Origin: a bacterium
GTDB lineage: Bacteria > UBP6 > UBA1177 > G963667425
Direction of reading: 5' to 3'
Assembly (NCBI GenBank): GCA_963667425.1
Contig: OY763407.1
Location: forward strand, 2,009,226 to 2,073,225
Length of the DNA stretch: 64,000 bases
Both the position numbers and the translations under genes were made by a program. Every line of letters begins with the position of its first letter. Position 1 is the first letter of the stretch. Below, piece after piece: positions 48,923 through 58,097 of this stretch. The notes under the pieces are model-generated. The model had not been told where the DNA came from, did no database searches, and worked only from the letters and a program-made list of their open reading frames with translations.

Positions 48923-50221
48923 TTAAGGCATAAGTTCGGTGTTTTTCAAAATGATTTTTTTTAAAATAATCTCATCTCTGTTTTCATAGGAATTTTCAGA
49001 AGTTTTTTCTATGGAACCTATAATGTAAGCAACATCATCTTCTGAAATTTTTATTTTATAAAAGGAACTGTTTTCATCTGCTTCGATTTTCATCTCAGCA
49101 GCAATTTCGCCGTAATTATCCAGCCGGACAATAACAGAATAAGAATCATCAGAATCATATTTATAAGCCAAGACATAGGCATTGCCTTTACTGTCAAAAG
49201 AAATATCGTATAAAAAATAATAAGGGAAACTATTAGAATAAATATTTCTCCACACGTTATTGCCTTCAGAATCCATTTTCATCATAAATGGATACTTTTG
49301 TGATGAATATTCTTTATAATCATATAGCAATACAGAATACTTCCAATCATCATCCGCTTCTCCAAGTAGATAAATATTACCGAACTTATCTTGTCTTACT
49401 CTATAAAAAAATTCATCAAGTTGCGTTTTAAAAACTCTTTCCTTTTTAATTTTGTATGAAGAATCCATTTTTAAGAAAGAAATATCATAGGCAGGATAAT
49501 CAGAGCTCTTATTATAATATACAGTTCTTTGAACACGCCTTAAAAATATAAAATCGTTATTTGATGTCTTAAAAAATTTAGAGACCGTTGATCCTTTTTC
49601 AAAAACAAATTTATTTAACATTTTACCTTCAGACCCTATTTTATATATAAAAGAAGAATCTTTGGCATCATTATAAAATCCGACATAAAGATTATTCTGG
49701 CTGTCATATAGTATAGAAGAAGCATAGGATTCATAAGCTTCGTCAACATATGTCGTCCATAATGAATCACCGGAAGAAGTAACCTTTAAGACAAAGAACT
49801 TATTAAAACCTGGAGGATCAGCATAAGGATTAACCCAAACAAATCTTTTAAGAAACAAAAAAACGGATCCATTCTCATCCATTGACATAGCGAGTGCAGT
49901 ATCGTCATCTTCTGAACCGAACTGCTTTTCCCAAATTAAATTTCCATTAACATCCAGTTTCTGTATAAAGGCATCTTTGCCCCCGATGTTAAATGTATCA
50001 TGAAAATGACCATAAGTACTTCCACTCAAATAGAGATACCCATTATTATCAATAAGCAGATCAGAAGCAACGTTATCTCCGTCTGTAAAAATATTTATGC
50101 TCCAATCCTGACCATTATCAGCAATTTTATTTATTAATTCAGGATTATTATCAACTGAATCATCACAGGCAGTTAACAAAAAAAAACAAAAAAATGCGTA
50201 AAGCAAAAACAAACGTTTCAT
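48923..50221 (-). CDS. Lipoprotein with beta-propeller-like repeats, function unknown
   Basis: The MKRLFLLYAFFCFFLLTACDDS start at 50221 has GAGGTG upstream; the track GTG start is at 50248. It has a recurring D-x-NG/GN-hydrophobic-Y-hydrophobic-hydrophobic-G strand motif. Confidence 0.7.
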   Translation of the reverse strand: MKRLFLLYAFFCFFLLTACDDSVDNNPELINKIADNGQDWSINIFTDGDNVASDLLIDNNGYLYLSGSTYGHFHDTFNIGGKDAFIQKLDVNGNLIWEKQFGSEDDDTALAMSMDENGSVFLFLKRFVWVNPYADPPGFNKFFVLKVTSSGDSLWTTYVDEAYESYASSILYDSQNNLYVGFYNDAKDSSFIYKIGSEGKMLNKFVFEKGSTVSKFFKTSNNDFIFLRRVQRTVYYNKSSDYPAYDISFLKMDSSYKIKKERVFKTQLDEFFYRVRQDKFGNIYLLGEADDDWKYSVLLYDYKEYSSQKYPFMMKMDSEGNNVWRNIYSNSFPYYFLYDISFDSKGNAYVLAYKYDSDDSYSVIVRLDNYGEIAAEMKIEADENSSFYKIKISEDDVAYIIGSIEKTSENSYENRDEIILKKIILKNTELMP

Positions 50222-50287
50222 TTGATACACCTCGACATTTATTTTCACAATAACATACTAGTTAATAAACCTTTTGTCAAATAAGCA

Positions 50288-50314
50288 CTGGATGCGGAGT
50301 TTATCCACATCCAG
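50288..50314 (-). terminator. Rho-independent terminator candidate downstream of the methyltransferase gene
   Basis: The minus-strand RNA forms CUGGAUGUGG-AUAAACU-CCGCAUCCAG, a 10-bp stem with one G.U pair. UGCUUAUUU follows it. Confidence 0.55.
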
Positions 50315-50325
50315 CTATTTACGAA

Positions 50326-51093
50326 CTATTTTTCAGCAATAATAAGCATTTCAAAATCTTCTGTAGTAAGAGTATCTTCTCTTGAGTATGCGCCAAGTTT
50401 CGCACCAAAAATATCTATTTTCTTAAATCCTAATGTTTTAAGAAGCCATGTTATTTCACTTGGAACATAATATCTCTGATTTGTATCAAGAACCAGATTC
50501 TTACCCGAATCATCCTTTATTTCAGTAATATCATAATTACGAAAGGTCATAAGATCGAACCTGTTGTTACTGTAAGTTGCGCCTCCGTCTTTTTTTGATG
50601 CTGCACAAAATTTCTGTACAGAATAATAAAGAGGAAAAAGTCCATTTAGAGTTGTAAAAATAATTTTACCTTTGCTCTTTAAAGATTTTGCAACATTTTT
50701 AAGTATTTCAAAATTCATTTCATCTGTTTCCATCAGAGAAAAACCGCCTTCACAAAGCATAATAGCAACATCAAATTCTGAATTAAAAGGAAGATTCCTT
50801 GCATCCTGCTTTAAAAAATTAATGCTGAGTCCATTTTTTTCTGCATTTTCCCTGGCTCTTTCAAGCTGATTTTCTGAAAGATCTATTCCCATAATGTCAT
50901 AACCTCTTTTAGAAAGTTCAACTGAATGTCTTCCAGTACCACAGCCTACATCAAGTATTTTTAAACTTTTATTGTAACTGATTTCTTTTTCTATGAAATC
51001 ACATTCACCGAAAGTGCCTTGAGTAAAACATTCTTTTTCGTAAGTTTTTGCGTAATTTTCAAAAAGAGTTTCGTACCATTGTTTTTTGGTCAT
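50326..51093 (-). CDS. Class I SAM-dependent methyltransferase
   Basis: ILDVGCGTGRHSVEL motif I, GIDLS, acidic motif II. Confidence 0.85.
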   Translation of the reverse strand: MTKKQWYETLFENYAKTYEKECFTQGTFGECDFIEKEISYNKSLKILDVGCGTGRHSVELSKRGYDIMGIDLSENQLERARENAEKNGLSINFLKQDARNLPFNSEFDVAIMLCEGGFSLMETDEMNFEILKNVAKSLKSKGKIIFTTLNGLFPLYYSVQKFCAASKKDGGATYSNNRFDLMTFRNYDITEIKDDSGKNLVLDTNQRYYVPSEITWLLKTLGFKKIDIFGAKLGAYSREDTLTTEDFEMLIIAEK

Positions 51094-51134
51094 AATATTC
51101 TCCTAAACAACTTTAATTTTATATTTTATTAATT

Positions 51135-51153
51135 ATGAGACTTTAAGTCTCAT
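51135..51153. promoter_or_regulatory. 9+9 bp palindrome in a divergent intergenic region
   Basis: ATGAGACTT-T-AAGTCTCAT, between the methyltransferase gene (start 51093) and the porin gene (start 51407). Confidence 0.25.
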
Positions 51154-51406
51154 GCTCCCAGCTTTAATAAATTACAATATAACCCTTAGTTATATTGACT
51201 GAGACACACGATCCTTTTTAGTTGAGTGAGAAAGCTTCAAAAAACCTCTTTTGTTTCATCACGTAAAAACTTAGTAAGATTAACTTCAAATAAAAATTTG
51301 TCAATAAATGTTTTTTTTCACAATTAACAATTAACTAACATTTAACTCATTACCTTCTCAATTTTAAACTGTACTTTCAGCTAACAACTTTTTTGCAGGA
51401 GATTTT

Positions 51407-52678
51407 ATGAAGTCATCGCTGTTGTCTTTTTTAGTTATAACTATTTTCTCTTTTTCTCTTTTTGCAGGAATAACTATCTGGGAAGATAAAGAACAAAAAT
51501 CAAAACTGGAAATATCAGGATACACACAAACAAGATTTGAGCATATTAATAATGACGGAAATAATGAAGAACAAAGTTATGATGAATTTACTTTAAATAA
51601 GGCAAGACTGGGTTTTCAGGGAAACTTTACTAAATGGCTCACTTTCAAAACAGAGTTCGATATTTGGGATTTTTATGCACCAATGCAGCCTACAGAAGTT
51701 TATGCCGGATTCCCATTAAGTCGTCATTTTTATCCTAAAATAGGTTATGTAAAAACACCTGTCATTTATCTTAATATGATGTCAGGTTCAAAAACATTAT
51801 TTGCAGACAAACCAATGATTATTTCAGGACACATCGGTAAAAGCGGAAGTACACATTCAGGACAAAAAATGTTTCCGGCTAATAACACAGGTGTTGTTGT
51901 CGAGGGAGATTTATTTCCTTTTGAAGGTTTTGATTTTGGAAAATATATAAAGAAAGGACTTGTTCATTACAATGTAGGTGTTCAGAATGGAGACAAAACT
52001 ACAGGAAAAAATGAAGAATTCATGTACAGCGGCAGACTTTCAATTAATCCTTTTGGCTATAATGAGATAAAAGATTCATGCAAATATGATGATAATCCTT
52101 ATTTTTCTATTGCTGTAAACTATGGAACAAATATTGATGCTGAAGTTACTCCTCCCAAAGATGCAACAATGTGGGGTTTTGATGGCTATGCAGGCTGGAA
52201 AGGAATATCACTAGGTGGCGGATGGTATGTTTTCAGAAGTAAAGCTGATTCTTCCAAAGTTGATGAATATACAGAATATCCATGGCAATCTGAAGGTTTT
52301 TTCATTCAGGCTGGAGCATACATACCAATATGGAAGTTAAAAGATACTCTTCAGCTTAAATTCAGATATGAAATTTATGATCCTTATGCAGAAGTTCCAA
52401 GTGAAAGGCCTGACCATGCTGAAGGAAAAGATGCATATGAAAAATATTACGATTTTTTTATACCTAAAACTCTTAATGATCGTAAATCATCAAAAATATC
52501 AATGGGCTTTGATTTTCATATATCTCCTCTTCTCGGAATTAAACAAAATGTGAAAGCCACATTTGAATATAATATAAAAAATGAACTTGAAGATTTTCAG
52601 GATCCTTCGACTGGTGAATTAAAAGATACTCAAATTAGAGACAACAATTTTATAATGCAACTTCAGTTTGCTTTGTGA
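51407..52678 (+). CDS. Outer-membrane porin (phosphate-selective OprO/OprP-like)
   Basis: Signal peptide, beta-strand pattern throughout, terminal QFAL. The family call rests on length, composition and the phosphatase neighbour. Confidence 0.55.
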   Translation: MKSSLLSFLVITIFSFSLFAGITIWEDKEQKSKLEISGYTQTRFEHINNDGNNEEQSYDEFTLNKARLGFQGNFTKWLTFKTEFDIWDFYAPMQPTEVYAGFPLSRHFYPKIGYVKTPVIYLNMMSGSKTLFADKPMIISGHIGKSGSTHSGQKMFPANNTGVVVEGDLFPFEGFDFGKYIKKGLVHYNVGVQNGDKTTGKNEEFMYSGRLSINPFGYNEIKDSCKYDDNPYFSIAVNYGTNIDAEVTPPKDATMWGFDGYAGWKGISLGGGWYVFRSKADSSKVDEYTEYPWQSEGFFIQAGAYIPIWKLKDTLQLKFRYEIYDPYAEVPSERPDHAEGKDAYEKYYDFFIPKTLNDRKSSKISMGFDFHISPLLGIKQNVKATFEYNIKNELEDFQDPSTGELKDTQIRDNNFIMQLQFAL

Positions 52679-52686
52679 GGTGACAA

Positions 52687-54270
52687 ATGAATAAGAAATT
52701 ATTATTACTTTTCTTTGTTTTGCTTTTTATGGTTTTTGGCTGCGATGTTCAGGACAGCGCAACATTACCTGATCCGTCCGAATATGAGGATGATATTGCA
52801 GAACAGCCGGATAACACGCCTGAGCCTAAACAGGACAAAGATATAACAGACAATGACACTTCTTCTCCAGATTTGAGTAATGACAATGATGAAGAGACTT
52901 CAGATTCCACAGAAGAAGATCCTGATATTGATGATGTTGAAGAAGACAAAATTATAGATGAAACATGCGGATTACATAAGGGCGATGAATCTGTTTTTTC
53001 TAAAGTTCCGGCACTTGAGCCTATGAATGCTGAAGAGACACTTGGAGACTCTCCTGAACCAAGATTTGTCCACTTAAGCTGGCAGAGCAACCCTGCTATT
53101 TCAATGTCTTTCACATGGCAGACAAAAGATTCAGGTAGTGGAAACATGACAAAATCAACCATTGTAAAAGTATGTAAAAACGAAGACATGAATGACTCAT
53201 GTACAGAAATCAATAGCACAAATAACGGCAAAATGATAGGATCTGCAACAATTCTTCCTTATAGTAGTGATTATAAAACCATGCACGTTGCTGAAATATG
53301 CGGTCTTGAACCTTCAACAAAATATTACTATCAGGTAGGCGGAAGAGACGGTTCAGGCAATGAAGCTTTTTCAAAGGTTTATCATTTCAGAACTGGAATA
53401 GATCCAAGGCTTCCTTCCGAACAAAGCTCTTATAAATTCGTTGCCATGGGAGACAGCAGAGGAGCTCCTGATAAACTTGCTCAAACTATAAAAGCAGCTC
53501 TTGATGAAGATCCTGATTTCATTATTCACAGTGGAGATTTCTGTTCTGACGGCAGGACCCAGTCAGATTGGGAAAATCTTTTCACTGCTTCAGAAGAACT
53601 TCTTCCATATGTTCCAATAATGGGTATTCATGGAAATCACGAGTACAGCGGCGTAAACTATTATGCACAAATGGCTTTCCCCGGTAACGAACAATGGTAT
53701 TCCATGGAATATGGCAATGCTGAATTTGTTATGCTCAACGATATTTCAGGTGGAATTTTTGCTATAGGCCAGAATTCAGATCTTGTAAAAAACAATTCTA
53801 TATCAAATGAACAAAAAGCTTTTATATCTGATACATTCGCAGCACACACCGACAAAACATGGAGATTTGTTGCGCATCATAGACCAATAAAAAGTGAAAC
53901 CAGCGATCTAACTCATGGTGGTAAAATGAATACAGATCTTCGTGATGCATGGGGACCTGTTTTTGAACAATATAAAGTAAATATGGTCTTTAATGGACAT
54001 GATCATTTCTACCAGAGATCAAAACCTCTTATAAACGTAAAATCAGGTGGAACAGTTACATCAGCGGATAAAGGGGTTAATTATATAGTTACAGCTGGTG
54101 CAGGTGCGTCTCTTTATGACACAAAAGAGACAGATCTTGTTGCAAAAACAGCAAAAGCTATTCATTTTTGTCTCATAGAAATAAATGGTTCATCTATAGA
54201 TCTTACAGTTAAACAACTTAGTGATGGAACAGTTTCAGGTATTATTGACACCTTAAGCTTTAGTAAATAA
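52687..54270 (+). CDS. Purple-acid-phosphatase-like metallophosphoesterase lipoprotein
   Basis: Lipobox FGCD, acidic linker, N-terminal FN3-like domain. Calcineurin-like motifs GDSRG, GDFCSDG, GNHE, HH and GHDH. Confidence 0.85.
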   Translation: MNKKLLLLFFVLLFMVFGCDVQDSATLPDPSEYEDDIAEQPDNTPEPKQDKDITDNDTSSPDLSNDNDEETSDSTEEDPDIDDVEEDKIIDETCGLHKGDESVFSKVPALEPMNAEETLGDSPEPRFVHLSWQSNPAISMSFTWQTKDSGSGNMTKSTIVKVCKNEDMNDSCTEINSTNNGKMIGSATILPYSSDYKTMHVAEICGLEPSTKYYYQVGGRDGSGNEAFSKVYHFRTGIDPRLPSEQSSYKFVAMGDSRGAPDKLAQTIKAALDEDPDFIIHSGDFCSDGRTQSDWENLFTASEELLPYVPIMGIHGNHEYSGVNYYAQMAFPGNEQWYSMEYGNAEFVMLNDISGGIFAIGQNSDLVKNNSISNEQKAFISDTFAAHTDKTWRFVAHHRPIKSETSDLTHGGKMNTDLRDAWGPVFEQYKVNMVFNGHDHFYQRSKPLINVKSGGTVTSADKGVNYIVTAGAGASLYDTKETDLVAKTAKAIHFCLIEINGSSIDLTVKQLSDGTVSGIIDTLSFSK

Positions 54271-54276
54271 AAAAAT

Positions 54277-54948
54277 ATGAAAAATCTATACTTTTTATTA
54301 ATTTTTCCTCTCATTTTCCTTTCCTGTACAAAAAAAACCGTTCTCATTAATGAAAATCTTGATGAGAACGGTCGTTCAATTCTTTTTAAAGCAGTTGAAA
54401 ATTCTGATGAAAATGAAACCTCAAAACTTATTTCTGAAGGATACGATGTCAACAGAACAGATCTAAATGGGTTTACACCGTTAATGGTTGCTGTAACCAA
54501 AAAAAACTCAGCAATAATAAGAAAGCTTATAAAAGCAGGGGCAGATATCGACAAACTTGACACAAAAAACAACACTTCACCACTTCTTTACGCATTTCAT
54601 TTTGATAATTTGAAAGCTGTGGAAATTTTAGTAAATTCAGGAGCTGATGTTTCAATTAAAGACTATTATGGTAAAAATGCATTAATGTACGCATGTGTTT
54701 CTCTTGATGATTCAGAAATTTCTCTTTTAAAAAAAATTATTAGAAAAAAAGACATAAACAGCAAAGATAGTGGTAATTCAACACCTTTAATGCATGCAGC
54801 AGGAACAGGTCACCTTGAAGCAGTCAAACTGCTTATTAAAAAAGGGGCTGATATAAATGCTGTAGACAACAAAGGGTGGACTGCTTATGATTATTCTTTT
54901 GGTGAAGATAAAAAAGCTGTGAGAGAATACTTTGACAGTTTAAAATAA
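54277..54948 (+). CDS. Ankyrin-repeat lipoprotein
   Basis: Lipobox FLSC. About 5 ANK repeats (G-TPLM-A, LIKAGADI). Confidence 0.85.
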   Translation: MKNLYFLLIFPLIFLSCTKKTVLINENLDENGRSILFKAVENSDENETSKLISEGYDVNRTDLNGFTPLMVAVTKKNSAIIRKLIKAGADIDKLDTKNNTSPLLYAFHFDNLKAVEILVNSGADVSIKDYYGKNALMYACVSLDDSEISLLKKIIRKKDINSKDSGNSTPLMHAAGTGHLEAVKLLIKKGADINAVDNKGWTAYDYSFGEDKKAVREYFDSLK

Positions 54949-54951
54949 AAA

Positions 54952-55659
54952 CTATTTTAATTTATTTAGAATTTCAATTGGTATATCTTTTATTATATCA
55001 GGTCTCTGTTTTATTGTATTTTCAATGGAATTAATCAGCTTCCATTTTTCTATTTTAGAATGATTTCCTGATGTTAGAACATTGGGAACTTTTAAGTCTT
55101 TGTAAATCCTAGGCATTGTATACTGATCATGCTCAAGCAGAGAAACTGAAAAGCTTTCTTCTTCTGCAGAATGTTCATTGCCTAAAACACCCGGCACAAG
55201 TCTTGAAACTGCATCAATTACAGTAAGAATACCTATTTCTCCGCCTGTAAGAACAAAATCGCCAATGGAAAGCTCTTCTGCATCAGTAAGCTCTAAAAAC
55301 CGCTGATCTATCCCTTCATAATGTCCGGCAATTAAGATTATCTGCTCATAGCTGTTTAGAAAATTACGTGCCATTTTCTGATTAAAAACTTTTCCTCGAG
55401 GGGAAAGATAAAAAGTTTTGACCTTTTCAAGTTTTTCTATTGAAGTGTAACAATTATATAACGGTTCGGCCATCAAGATCATTCCTGCGCCACCGCCGAA
55501 AGGGTAGTTGTCAACTCTTTTATAGCCGCCAAGTCCAAAATCTCTAAGCTGATGAAAATGAATTTCACAGAAATTTTCCTGAAAAGCTCTTTTCATCATA
55601 CTTGTAGAAAGAGGTGAGTCAAAAAAGGAAGGAAAAAGTGTTATAACATCAAATCTCAA
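54952..55659 (-). CDS. trmD: tRNA (guanine37-N1)-methyltransferase
   Basis: MRFDVITLFP, GGGAGMIL, GHYEGIDQR. Confidence 0.95.
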   Translation of the reverse strand: MRFDVITLFPSFFDSPLSTSMMKRAFQENFCEIHFHQLRDFGLGGYKRVDNYPFGGGAGMILMAEPLYNCYTSIEKLEKVKTFYLSPRGKVFNQKMARNFLNSYEQIILIAGHYEGIDQRFLELTDAEELSIGDFVLTGGEIGILTVIDAVSRLVPGVLGNEHSAEEESFSVSLLEHDQYTMPRIYKDLKVPNVLTSGNHSKIEKWKLINSIENTIKQRPDIIKDIPIEILNKLK

Positions 55660-56116
55660 GGAGTTCCTCCTTTAAAAGGATAACTTTATCCTTAAGAACT
55701 TTCGTTATTTTATCTCTATGCGGAATAATAATGTCTACATCATCATTTATGACTGAAAGCAAATAATAGTCTTTTATTTTGGAGAAAGAAGCTATTTCAC
55801 CAACAAACTTTCCATTTAAAGTTTCCATTTTCATTCCAATAAGATAATCAACTGTATTATTACAAATTTCATTTTCAGGAAGAGCAAAATTTTCATTTTC
55901 AAAAAAAGCCGCATCATGTTCATTATCAACGGAATCAATCCGAATATGAAAACCTTTAGAAACTTTTATTATTGATTTTAAGACAAACTCTGTTCCAAGT
56001 TCAGCATGAAAAAGATGTTTTATATCTAAAAGAAAGTCGGCATCATTCAGAGACGAAATAAAAAGAAGAGTACCATCACTTTTTATTACTCTGCTAAACT
56101 TGCCGACAGTAAACAT
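55649..56116 (-). CDS. rimM: 16S rRNA processing protein RimM
   Basis: Position between the KH gene and trmD. N-terminal VGKF--V-K-DG motif. PRC-barrel-like C-terminus. Confidence 0.8.
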   Translation of the reverse strand: MFTVGKFSRVIKSDGTLLFISSLNDADFLLDIKHLFHAELGTEFVLKSIIKVSKGFHIRIDSVDNEHDAAFFENENFALPENEICNNTVDYLIGMKMETLNGKFVGEIASFSKIKDYYLLSVINDDVDIIIPHRDKITKVLKDKVILLKEELLEI

Positions 56117-56122
56117 AACTTA

Positions 56123-56353
56123 CTATTCTATAATCTCAAGAATTGTCTTCTTTTGATCTCTGCTGCTTGCCGCACTGAGAACAACTCTAAGTGCTTTAGC
56201 TATTCTACCTTCACGACCAATAACTTTACCGAGATCCTCTTTCGCAACTCTAAGTTCAATAACGGTTGTTGTATCTCCAACAACTTCTTCAACTGAAATC
56301 TGATCAGGATGATCAACGAGATAACTTGCGATGTTTGCAATAAGCTCTTTCAT
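56123..56353 (-). CDS. KH-domain RNA-binding protein (YlqC-like)
   Basis: 76 aa with VIGREGRIAKALR (a GxxG KH motif). Conserved position after rpsP. Confidence 0.85.
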   Translation of the reverse strand: MKELIANIASYLVDHPDQISVEEVVGDTTTVIELRVAKEDLGKVIGREGRIAKALRVVLSAASSRDQKKTILEIIE

Positions 56354-56369
56354 ATAAGCCTCCAGAATA

Positions 56370-56615
56370 TCAGAGTCCTTTTTTTACTTTTTTTGCAAGA
56401 GAAGCAACTGTATCTGAACATGTAGCTCCCTTTGCAAGCCAACTGTTAAGTTTTTCAAGATCTATATTGATTTCAGCAGGATCTGTGTTAGGGTTGTAGT
56501 GACCAAGTCTGTCAAGGAAAAGTGTATCTCTTTTCTTTCTGCTATCAACAGCAACAACACCGTAAACAGGTTTCTTTTTGCATCCGCCTCTTGTCAATCT
56601 AATACTTACGCTCAT
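56370..56615 (-). CDS. rpsP: 30S ribosomal protein S16
   Basis: [25 protein letters not shown]. Confidence 0.95.
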   Translation of the reverse strand: MSVSIRLTRGGCKKKPVYGVVAVDSRKKRDTLFLDRLGHYNPNTDPAEINIDLEKLNSWLAKGATCSDTVASLAKKVKKGL

Positions 56616-56650
56616 TTTTAATAAAACCTCCGAACAAAAATAATTTATTA

Positions 56651-57988
56651 TTACATTCCGCCAAATTTTTTCATAAGGTTGCCAAGACCAAATTTATTGA
56701 TCTTTTTAAGCATTTTTTTCATCTGAAGATACTGATTTATAAAAGTATTTATATCTTTTACTTCAGTTCCGCTACCAAGCGCTATTCTTCTTCTTCTTGA
56801 AGCATTGAGAATTTCAGGATTTCGTCTTTCTTTTTTAGTCATTGAACATATTATAGCTTCAATTCTCTTAAGCTCTTTGTCCATGTCTACTTTTCCTTCC
56901 ATTTTCTTGAGCTGAGACCCCATACCAGGAAGCATTCCAAGTACATTTTCCATTGGTCCCATTTTTTTCATCATCTTCATTTGTGAAAGGAAATCTTCAA
57001 GATCGAAATTATTATTCCGCATCTTTTTCTGCATTTTAATAGCTTCATCCTGATCTATCGTTTCCTTTGCTTTTTCAACAAGAGAAAGGACATCTCCCAT
57101 ACCTATTATTCTTGAAGCTATACGGTCCGGATGAAAAAGCTCTAAAGCATCTGTTTTTTCACCAACACCTACAAATTTCACAGGAGCCCCTGTTACAGCA
57201 TTAATTGAAAGAGCTGCACCACCTCTGGCATCACCATCCATTTTTGTGAGGACGACACCTGTTATAGTAAGTCTTTTATGAAATTCTTCTGCAACGTTAA
57301 CAGCGTCCTGACCGGTCATGGCATCTGCAACAAAAAGAATATCTGAAGGATTAACAGCTTTCTTTATGTTGGTGATTTCATCCATAAGGACCTCATCCAC
57401 CTGCATACGTCCTGCTGTATCAACGATTACCACATCGTAAGCCATATTTTTTGCATGAGCGACAGCTTTTAAAGCTATATCGACAGGATCCATACTAGTG
57501 TTGGACTCAAAAACATCAACACTGATAGATGATGCAAGTTTTTTAAGCTGATCTATAGCTGCAGGTCTGTAAACATCGGCAGGAACAAGAAATACGCTTT
57601 TTCTAAGCTTGTTTTTTATATATACTGCAAGTTTTGCAGCAGAGGTGGTTTTTCCGCTACCCTGAAGCCCTGCCATAAGTATAACTGCCGGAGGTCTTAC
57701 ACTAAAGTTTAAAGAATGATCTCCTTTTCCAAGTGCAGCAACAAGCTCATCATGAAATATTTTAACAAACTGCTGGCCCGGAGTTATGCTTTTCATAACC
57801 TCTTCACCAACAGCTCTTTCAGAAACTCTTTTTATAAAATCTCTTACGACTTTATAATTAACATCCGCCTCAAGCAGACTGAGTTTTATTTCACGGGAAG
57901 CTTCTTTTATATTTTCTTCAGAAAGCTTTCCCATTCCTCTTAATTTTTTAAATGTATTTTCCAGCCTATCTGTAAGCTGATCAAACAT
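56651..57988 (-). CDS. ffh: Signal recognition particle protein Ffh
   Basis: [24 protein letters not shown], and a Met-rich M domain. Confidence 0.95.
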   Translation of the reverse strand: MFDQLTDRLENTFKKLRGMGKLSEENIKEASREIKLSLLEADVNYKVVRDFIKRVSERAVGEEVMKSITPGQQFVKIFHDELVAALGKGDHSLNFSVRPPAVILMAGLQGSGKTTSAAKLAVYIKNKLRKSVFLVPADVYRPAAIDQLKKLASSISVDVFESNTSMDPVDIALKAVAHAKNMAYDVVIVDTAGRMQVDEVLMDEITNIKKAVNPSDILFVADAMTGQDAVNVAEEFHKRLTITGVVLTKMDGDARGGAALSINAVTGAPVKFVGVGEKTDALELFHPDRIASRIIGMGDVLSLVEKAKETIDQDEAIKMQKKMRNNNFDLEDFLSQMKMMKKMGPMENVLGMLPGMGSQLKKMEGKVDMDKELKRIEAIICSMTKKERRNPEILNASRRRRIALGSGTEVKDINTFINQYLQMKKMLKKINKFGLGNLMKKFGGM

Positions 57989-58017
57989 AGACGAACCCTC
58001 TCAAAAAAAGCGAATAA

Positions 58018-58045
58018 ATTATACAAATGGACTCTTCATAGTCAA
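58018..58045 (-). promoter_or_regulatory. Putative sigma70-type promoter of the ffh operon
   Basis: On the minus strand: TTGACT (58045-58040), 16 nt, TATAAT (58023-58018). Confidence 0.5.
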
Positions 58046-58097
58046 GGTTTTAAAGAAAAAGGAGCCAAAAACACAATAATAAAAAGTATTTAATTAA

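Noticed and set aside
50301-50309. Perfect DnaA box TTATCCACA, suggesting a replication origin
   Set aside because: It is a single box that forms the loop and right arm of the terminator hairpin. There is no box cluster, AT-rich unwinding element, or dnaA/dnaN nearby.
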